A stretch of DNA of 38,732 nucleotides. Source: Planctomycetia bacterium. GTDB taxonomy: Bacteria; Planctomycetota; PLA2; JAEUHO01. Below the pieces are notes generated by a model that was given only the letters and a program-made list of their open reading frames with translations, was not told the DNA's origin and did no database searches. Positions 18,152 through 25,369 of the stretch are shown here, piece by piece; position 1 is the first letter of the stretch; each line of letters starts with the position of its first letter. The DNA is taken from positions 1 to 38,732 of the forward strand of contig JBJTIJ010000336.1 in NCBI GenBank assembly GCA_046094945.1, written 5' to 3'. The translations under genes and the position numbers were made by a program.

Positions 18152-19780
18152 ATGCGTGCTGCTGCCTGGACGGCGCTGGGCCTGCTGGCGCTGCTGCTGC
18201 TGGGCGCATGCCGCGCCGTGGGACCCGCCTACCAGCGCCCGGACGCCGGCGTGCCGGCCACCTTCCGTGACGAGGAGGCGGCCTGCGCCCTGTGCGCCGC
18301 CGACCAGTCGTGGTGGCAGGTCTACGCCGACCCGGTGCTGGTGGCCCTCGTGCGCGAGGCCGTGGAGCGCAACCAGGACCTCGAGCAGGCGGCGGCGCGC
18401 GTGGAGGCGGTGCGCGCCTCCATCGGGCTGGCGCGCTCGCAGGGCCAGCCGCAGGTGGACGCCGAGCTGGGCGTGGAGCGACGCAGCTACTCGCAGGCCG
18501 GCAGCCCCTTCCCGCTGAGCAACCGCGTGCGCACCTCGATCGTCGCGGGCCTGGGCGCCAGCTGGGAGCTGGACCTGTGGGGCCGGGTGCGGCGCAGCAC
18601 CGAGGCTGCGTGGGCCGACTGGCAGGCCAGCGAGTGGGGCCGGCGCGCCGTGCTGGTGTCGCTGGTGGCCGAGGTGGCCTCCGGCTACCTCGAGCTGCTG
18701 GCGCTGGACTGGCAGCTGGCCATCACGCGCGAGACGGTGCTCACGCGCCGCAGCACGCTCGACCTCTTCAAGCGCCGCCTCGAGGGCGGGGTGGGCAGCG
18801 AGCTGGAGGTGGCCCGCGCCACGGGCGACCTCGCCGACGTGGAGGCCGACGTGCCGGCCTTCCTCGCGCTCGTGTCGCAGAAGGAGAACCAGCTCTGCCT
18901 GCTGCTGGGCCGCATGCCCGGGCCCATCGCGCGCGGGCTGCCGCTGGACGCAGGCCGCACGGGGCCGCAGATCCCGCCGGGCCTCACCTCCGAGCTGCTC
19001 GAGCGCCGCCCCGACGTGCGCGCGGCCGAGGAACAGCTCAAGGCGGCCGTCGCGCGCGTGGGCGTGGCCAAGGCCGACCGGCTGCCACGCATCGCGCTCA
19101 CCGGCACGGCAGGCGTGCAGAGCGAGGACCTCGAGCTGCTCACCAGCTCGGATGCGCTGGCGTGGACGCTGGGCAGCAACCTGGTGGGGCCGCTGCTCGA
19201 CGGCGGGCGGCGCGCCGCGCAGGAGCGCGCCGCGTGGGCGCGCGCCCGCGAGGCGCAGGCGGCCTGGCGCGGTGCGGTGCAGTCGGCCTTCCGGGACGCG
19301 GCCGACGCGCTGGCCGTGCTGGCGCAGGCGCGCAAGGTGGTCGCTGCGCAGGTGCAGCAGGTGGCCGCGCGCCGGCGCGGCCTGGAGCTGGCCACGAAGC
19401 GCTTCGAGGGCGACCTGGCCTCCTACTTCGAGGTGCTCGACGCCCAGCGCGAGCTGTTCCCGGCCCAGCTGCAGCTGGCGCTGGCCAAGCGCGAGGAGCT
19501 GGTGTCGGTGGTGCGCCTCTACCGCGCGCTGGGCGGGGGCTGGGACAGCGAGCGCGCGCAGGCCGCCGTCGAGCCCGCGCCCCCCGCGCCTGCGCCTGCG
19601 CCTGCGGCGGCGCAGCCCGCGGCGCCCGCGGCGCCTGCCGTCGCGGCAGCCCCGGTGGCGGCTGCGCAGGCGGTCCCGGCGGCCCCGGCCGCCGCTCAGG
19701 CCGCAGCCCCGGCCGCCGCCGCGGTGCGCCTGCCGGCCCAGCCGGCGGTGCCCGAGGCCGCCCCGGCCGGGACGCGCTAG
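18152..19780 (+). CDS. efflux outer membrane factor lipoprotein (NodT/OprM family) with Ala/Pro-rich tail
   Basis: Track ORF of 542 aa with GGAGGGA upstream. Lipobox LLLGAC, then GPAYQRPD...WWQVYADPVL..LV.EA...NQDL typical of NodT-family OMFs. The last ~75 aa are low-complexity A/P. Confidence 0.88.
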   Translation: MRAAAWTALGLLALLLLGACRAVGPAYQRPDAGVPATFRDEEAACALCAADQSWWQVYADPVLVALVREAVERNQDLEQAAARVEAVRASIGLARSQGQPQVDAELGVERRSYSQAGSPFPLSNRVRTSIVAGLGASWELDLWGRVRRSTEAAWADWQASEWGRRAVLVSLVAEVASGYLELLALDWQLAITRETVLTRRSTLDLFKRRLEGGVGSELEVARATGDLADVEADVPAFLALVSQKENQLCLLLGRMPGPIARGLPLDAGRTGPQIPPGLTSELLERRPDVRAAEEQLKAAVARVGVAKADRLPRIALTGTAGVQSEDLELLTSSDALAWTLGSNLVGPLLDGGRRAAQERAAWARAREAQAAWRGAVQSAFRDAADALAVLAQARKVVAAQVQQVAARRRGLELATKRFEGDLASYFEVLDAQRELFPAQLQLALAKREELVSVVRLYRALGGGWDSERAQAAVEPAPPAPAPAPAAAQPAAPAAPAVAAAPVAAAQAVPAAPAAAQAAAPAAAAVRLPAQPAVPEAAPAGTR

Positions 19781-19900
19781 GTGGCCCGGGCACGCCTTGC
19801 CGGCCCGGGCCTCGTGCTGGCGGCCTGAGCGCTGGCGTGGCTGGCCGCAGGCTGCGGCGGCAAGGAGGCCGCCCCGCCCGCGCGCCCGGGGGCCCGGCCC

Positions 19901-21136
19901 GTGCCGGTCAGCGTGCAGGCCGTGGTGCGCGGCCCCGTGACCCAGCGCGTGGAGGGCACCGGCTCGCTGGAGGCCATCCAGGTGGTGGTGGTGCCGGCGC
20001 GTGTGGACGGCGTGGTGGAGGAGGTGTCCTGCGAGGAAGGCCAGGCGGTGGACCCGTCCCGCACGCTGGCCGTGGTGGACGGGCGCCGCCGGCGCCTCGC
20101 CGAGGCCGAGGCGCTGGCCGCCGTCGAGCAGGCGCGTTCGGCCCTGCCGCGCGCAGCGGCGGCCGCGCAGCGCGCCGAGGCCGGCTTGGCCCGCGCCAGC
20201 GCGCAGGCCAACGCGGCCCAGACCGACCTCGAGGAGGCGCAGCAGGTGCTGGCGCGCCGCGAGGCCATGCGCCAGGCCTCGCCCGGCGTGGTGCCCGAGG
20301 AGGAGGTGGCGCTCAAGCGCGCGCACGTGGCCCGCATGCGCGACGCGCAGGCCGAGGCGCGCGCGCTGGCCGACGAGGCGCGCGCGGCGCTGGCCACGGC
20401 CCAGGCGCGCCTGGCGCTGGCGCAGCTGGTGCTGGCCGACACGGTGGTGCGGCCGCCCATCGAGGGCGTGGTGCGCCGCCGGCACGTGACGCTGGGCCAG
20501 TACGTGCGCGCCGGCGAGCCGGTGGCCGAGATCGTGGACCGCAGCCGCCTCAACCTGCGCTTCCGCGTCACCGAGGCCGAGTCGGTGCGCCTCGCACGCG
20601 GCATGGACGCCGGCTTCGTGGTGCCCTCGCTGGGCGCCGAGGCGTACCGGGCGCGGCTGGTGCACGTGGATGCCGCCGCCAGCCCCGTGACGCGCATGGT
20701 GGAGTGCCTGGCCGAGGTGCAGGCGCCCGACCCGCGCCTCAAGCCCGGCTTCTTCGCCGTGGCCGCGGTGGAGGTGGGCCGCAGCGACGGCATCGTGGTG
20801 CCCGACGCCGCGCTGCAGCCGGGCGAGAACGGCTGGGTGGCCTACGTGGTGGAGGAGGGCAAGGCGCGCCTGCGGCGCCTCGCGCTGGGCCTGCGCACGC
20901 GTGACGGGCGCGCCGAGGTGCTCGAGGGCCTGCGCGAGGGCGACCAGCTGGTGGTGTCGGGGGCCAACGTGGTGGCCGACGGCATGCCCGTGGCCGCGCG
21001 CGCGCTGGCCGAGGTGGACGCCGAGCGCAGCGCCGCATTGCGCAACGCCCCTGCGGGCGCAGCCAGCGCGCCGCACGGCCCGGGCGCAGGTGCAGGCGCA
21101 GGCGCAGGTGCAGGCGCGGGGCCCGGGGCCGGCTAG
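19901..21136 (+). CDS. efflux periplasmic adaptor (HlyD/MFP family); the upstream lipoprotein signal is interrupted by an in-frame TGA
   Basis: Track ORF (GTG 19901). VSVQAVVRGPVTQRVEGTGSLEAIQVVVVPARVDGVVEEV... shows barrel-sandwich hybrid, coiled-coil and beta-barrel layout. In the same frame upstream, GTG 19781 reads VARARLAGPGLVLAA-TGA(19826)-ALAWLAAGCGGKEAAPP. The C-terminus is GAGAGAGAGAGAGPGAG. Confidence 0.8.
   Translation: MPVSVQAVVRGPVTQRVEGTGSLEAIQVVVVPARVDGVVEEVSCEEGQAVDPSRTLAVVDGRRRRLAEAEALAAVEQARSALPRAAAAAQRAEAGLARASAQANAAQTDLEEAQQVLARREAMRQASPGVVPEEEVALKRAHVARMRDAQAEARALADEARAALATAQARLALAQLVLADTVVRPPIEGVVRRRHVTLGQYVRAGEPVAEIVDRSRLNLRFRVTEAESVRLARGMDAGFVVPSLGAEAYRARLVHVDAAASPVTRMVECLAEVQAPDPRLKPGFFAVAAVEVGRSDGIVVPDAALQPGENGWVAYVVEEGKARLRRLALGLRTRDGRAEVLEGLREGDQLVVSGANVVADGMPVAARALAEVDAERSAALRNAPAGAASAPHGPGAGAGAGAGAGAGPGAG
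21083..21118. repeat. (GGY GCR)x6 microsatellite-like repeat encoding (Gly-Ala)6 at the 3' end of the adaptor gene
   Basis: ggcgcaggtgca ggcgca ggcgcaggtgca ggcgcg, read in the adaptor frame. Confidence 0.9.
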
Positions 21137-21618
21137 CGCGCTGCCGGATCCGCCGTGGCACCGGCTGCCGGTCCCGCCGCGGGCCCGGCCAGCAGGGCCC
21201 GCACGGCCGCCAGCCGCTCGTTGGGGATGGGCACCGAGAGGTCGTAGAGCAGCACGCGCCAGGCGCCGTCGCTGCCGCGGCGCAGCACGCCGCTGCCGCG
21301 CAGGCGGCCGAGGCCCTCGTGGTCGAGGTCCTCGTCGAACCAGGCCAGCCCGCCCCCGGCCGCGAGGGCGCGCCGCCGGGCCCGCATCACCCAGCCGCGC
21401 CCGCCGGCCATGCGCTCGCGCACGAAGGCGTGGAAGGCCTCGCCCTGCCAGCGCTCGCTGCCGTCGGTGCCCAGGAAGGTGCCCTCGGCGTCGAAGCGCG
21501 CCAGCAGCGCCGCGCTGTCGGCGGCCGCCGCCGCCGCGTGGAAGGCCTCCAGCGCCTGCCATGCCTCGCGCACCTCGGGCGAGGCGCCCTGCGGCGGCCT
21601 GGCATGCGGGGCAGCCAT
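21133..21618 (-). CDS. NTF2-like / SnoaL-like (DUF4440-type) protein
   Basis: Track ORF of 161 aa. AWQALEAFHAAAAAADSAALLARFDAEGTFLGTDGSERWQG.EAF.AFV....GWV...R...L...GGLAWF.E.L is typical of NTF2-fold small proteins. It starts 15 nt after the CBS-gene stop. Confidence 0.7.
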   Translation of the reverse strand: MAAPHARPPQGASPEVREAWQALEAFHAAAAAADSAALLARFDAEGTFLGTDGSERWQGEAFHAFVRERMAGGRGWVMRARRRALAAGGGLAWFDEDLDHEGLGRLRGSGVLRRGSDGAWRVLLYDLSVPIPNERLAAVRALLAGPAAGPAAGATADPAAR

Positions 21619-21633
21619 CGCGCGGGCCGGCGC

Positions 21634-23013
<1,380 letters not shown>

Positions 23014-23084
23014 GGGCGCCTCCTGCACGGCGATGGGCGCCCACCCTACCGCCGCCCCGTCCCGGGCGCGGCGCGGCGCGGCGC

Positions 23085-23945
23085 TCAGCGCGCCGCCTGC
23101 TCGGGCGGCAGCCGCCGGCGCAGCGGCAGGTCGAGCCAGGCCTTGCCGGCGCGCGCCGCCTCGCGGGCGTCGCCGGCCGCCGAGGCCTGGAAGGCACGCC
23201 CGGCCAGCGCCAGCGCGCGGCGCGCCTCGGCCACGCCCGGCTCGCCCAGCCTGTCGAGCAGCACGCCGCCTAGCGTGCCCCACAGCAGGATGCGCGTGCT
23301 GGGCCGCGCGCCCTCGGCCTCGGCCCGCGCCCCCAGCCGGCGCAGCCCTGCGAGGTCGCCCTCGCCGGCGGCCAGGCGCGCCAGCGCCTCGAGGGCCTCG
23401 TCGGCCTGCCAGGGGAGCTCGCGCCGGGCCAGGCGTGCGGCCTGCTCCCAGCAGCCGGCGGCGGCGGCCAGGTCGCCCTCGGCCTCCAGCCGGCTCGCCT
23501 GCAGGTCGCAGCGCGCGGCCCGCTCGGGCTCGTGCAGCGGCGTCTGCTGCGTCGCCCAGGCTTCCAGCGCGGCGGCCGCGTGCACGCGTCCTTGCTCGCG
23601 CAGCACGCGAGCCTCGGCAGCCAGCGCGCGCAGCACCAGCGGATCGCGCGCGTGCGTCGCGTGGCGCACGGCGCGGTAGGCCCGCACGCGCGTGCGCCAG
23701 GGCTGCGCGCCCAGCTGGCGCGTGCGCTCCCAGGCCTCGCGCGCCTCGGCGGGACCGGCGCGGGCCGGCTGCGCCAGGCTGCCCAGCAGCAGCGCGGCCC
23801 ACAGCGCGGCGCGCAGAGAGTCCCACAGAGAGGCCAGCCGTCTGCGGTCGGCGCGCACGCCGGAGGCCCTGCCCGGCGCGGGAAGTCGCTGCGGCCTAGG
23901 GCGCATGCGCCGGCTTCCCGCCAGGTGCAGGGCCTTGCGCGCCAC
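23085..23945 (-). CDS. hypothetical alpha-helical repeat (TPR-like) protein with N-terminal TM/signal segment; candidate anti-sigma partner
   Basis: Track ORF (GTG 23945; alternative ATG 23906). The hydrophobic segment LWDSLRAALWAALLLGSLAQPARA is followed by Ala/Leu/Arg/Glu-rich helical repeats. Third-codon positions are almost all G/C in this frame right up to 23945. No recognisable ZAS motif. Confidence 0.55.
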   Translation of the reverse strand: MARKALHLAGSRRMRPRPQRLPAPGRASGVRADRRRLASLWDSLRAALWAALLLGSLAQPARAGPAEAREAWERTRQLGAQPWRTRVRAYRAVRHATHARDPLVLRALAAEARVLREQGRVHAAAALEAWATQQTPLHEPERAARCDLQASRLEAEGDLAAAAGCWEQAARLARRELPWQADEALEALARLAAGEGDLAGLRRLGARAEAEGARPSTRILLWGTLGGVLLDRLGEPGVAEARRALALAGRAFQASAAGDAREAARAGKAWLDLPLRRRLPPEQAAR

Positions 23946-24846
23946 GCGCGCCGCCCGTCATGCGCGGCACGTGCAGGCGCCCGGGCCCGCGCGCAAGGCG
24001 CGGTGCGCGCCGTGCCGGCGCGGGGACGCGCGGCCCGTGCGCTGCCCGGGCCGGCGTGCTGCCGGCGGCCGGCGGCGCCCCGGCTGCAGGCGGCGCCTCT
24101 GCTGCAGGCCGCACCCCTGCTGCAGGCTGCGCAGGGCCGGCGGGCCGCAGGCGCGCGCCCGCCGTGCGCGTACGGCGCGTGCTGCACGGGCCGGCCTCGC
24201 CGCAGCCGCTGGCCTGGCTGCGCGCCACCGCGCCATGGCGCGGGCCGTCGCCTGCGCCGGGGCCCAGCCGGCCCGCCAGCGCGCTGCGCAGGTGCTCGCG
24301 GGCGCGCACCAGGCGCATCTTCACGCCGCCGCGCGTGGTGCCCAGCAGCTGGGCGGTGCGCTCGAGGTCGTAGCCCTGCAGGTAGTGCAGCTCGACGGCG
24401 GCGCCGTAGCCGCGCGGCAGCGCCTGCACGGCCTCGCGCAGCAGCTGGTGCGTGGCGCCTTGCTCGCGCACCACGTCGGGCGCCGCCTCGCCGGCCCCCG
24501 TGCGCCACGGCTGCAGCGCCTCCGGCACGGGCAGGGCCGAGAGCTGGGCCATGGGGCGGCCGCGCCAGGCGTGCTTGCGCCGCCACGAGGCGGCGCGGCA
24601 GCGCGTGACGCGGAAGCACCAGCTGCGCAGGTGGTCCGCATCGCGGAAGCGCGTGCGCTGGCCCCAGGCGGCCACGCAGGTCTCCTGCACGGCGTCGCGG
24701 CTGGCATGGCCGTCGCCGCGCAGCAGCGAGGAGGCGAAGCGCACGAGGTCGCCCTCGAGCGCGGCAAACGCGCGGCAGAAGGCCTCCTGCTCGCCGTACG
24801 GTGCAGCGTGCGGCGCAAGCGGAGGCGTGGAATGGTTCAACGCCAC
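23896..24846 (-). CDS. ECF-type RNA polymerase sigma-70 family factor (3' end uncertain)
   Basis: GTG 24846 (GGAG 7 nt upstream) inside track ORF 23896..25716. Region 2 is GDLVRFASSLLRGDGHASRDAVQETCVAAWGQRTRF.DADHLRSWCFRVTR. Region 4 is LPRGYGAAVELHYLQGYDLERTAQLLGTTRGGVKMRLVRAREHL. The frame stays open about 130 codons past region 4, but codon-position bias stops supporting it near 24160. Confidence 0.78.
   Translation of the reverse strand: MALNHSTPPLAPHAAPYGEQEAFCRAFAALEGDLVRFASSLLRGDGHASRDAVQETCVAAWGQRTRFRDADHLRSWCFRVTRCRAASWRRKHAWRGRPMAQLSALPVPEALQPWRTGAGEAAPDVVREQGATHQLLREAVQALPRGYGAAVELHYLQGYDLERTAQLLGTTRGGVKMRLVRAREHLRSALAGRLGPGAGDGPRHGAVARSQASGCGEAGPCSTRRTRTAGARLRPAGPAQPAAGVRPAAEAPPAAGAPPAAGSTPARAAHGPRVPAPARRAPRLARGPGRLHVPRMTGGARGAQGPAPGGKPAHAP
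24083..24136. repeat. 18-bp periodic repeat, GCTGCAGGC x3
   Basis: gctgcaggc occurs at 24083, 24101 and 24119, exactly 18 bp apart, giving three PstI-type CTGCAG sites. It lies in the ambiguous stretch downstream of sigma region 4. Confidence 0.9.
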
Positions 24847-25224
24847 GGATCGGCTCCGTGGCCCCGTGCCCTGGCCCACGCCACCCTCGCGCGCAGGCGC
24901 GCGCCGGTCACGCGGGACAAGGCATCCCTGCACGCAGCATCGCGCGCCTCGCCCGCGGCGGTCAAGGGCCCGGTGTCGGCCTGCCGGCTGCGGCAGGTGT
25001 CCTCGCAGGGGGGCACGGCGGGATGGGGGCACGGCGGCATGCGGCAGCGGGCAGGCGGCAGCGGGCCAGGGAGCGTCCCGGCGCCCGTGCATGGCCTGCC
25101 CGCCGCCTGCCAGGGAGCGGCCCAGCGCCCGCTCGGTGCCAGCTGGCGGCCGCCGCCGAGGCCTGCGGCGGCCGCCCTGCCCGCCGTCGGCCTGCCCCTG
25201 GCCGCCCCAGGGCTGGCCTACGGG

Positions 25225-25257
25225 TGCCCTCTGGCTGCCCTCTGGCTGCCCTCTGGA
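25225..25257. promoter_or_regulatory. three tandem 11-bp direct repeats (tgccctctggc) upstream of the PASTA-array gene
   Basis: Copies at 25225-25235, 25236-25246 and 25247-25257 (the last ends in a). They lie 113-145 nt upstream of ATG 25370 in the 523-bp divergent spacer. The repeat is certain; a regulatory role is inferred. Confidence 0.4.
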
Positions 25258-25369
25258 TGGCAGGGGGCGGCGCATGGTTTGCTCTCCCCCCCTGTCGTCT
25301 CCCCACGAGGGCCCCTCGGGGCCTCTGTGGGGGCCCCCAGGGTCCCCCGCGTCCTTCCCGGAGCACCTG

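Noticed and set aside
19826-19828. Possibility that TGA is recoded (Trp/Gly/Sec) in this organism, prompted by the in-frame TGA in the adaptor signal peptide and another at 23958.
   Set aside because: Twelve well-supported genes end at TGA at the expected protein C-termini, including the lpxC-fabZ/lpxA ATGA and tsf/pyrH TGATG junctions. A signal peptide is an implausible place for selenocysteine, and I see no SECIS-like hairpin directly downstream. A mutation or sequencing error is more likely.
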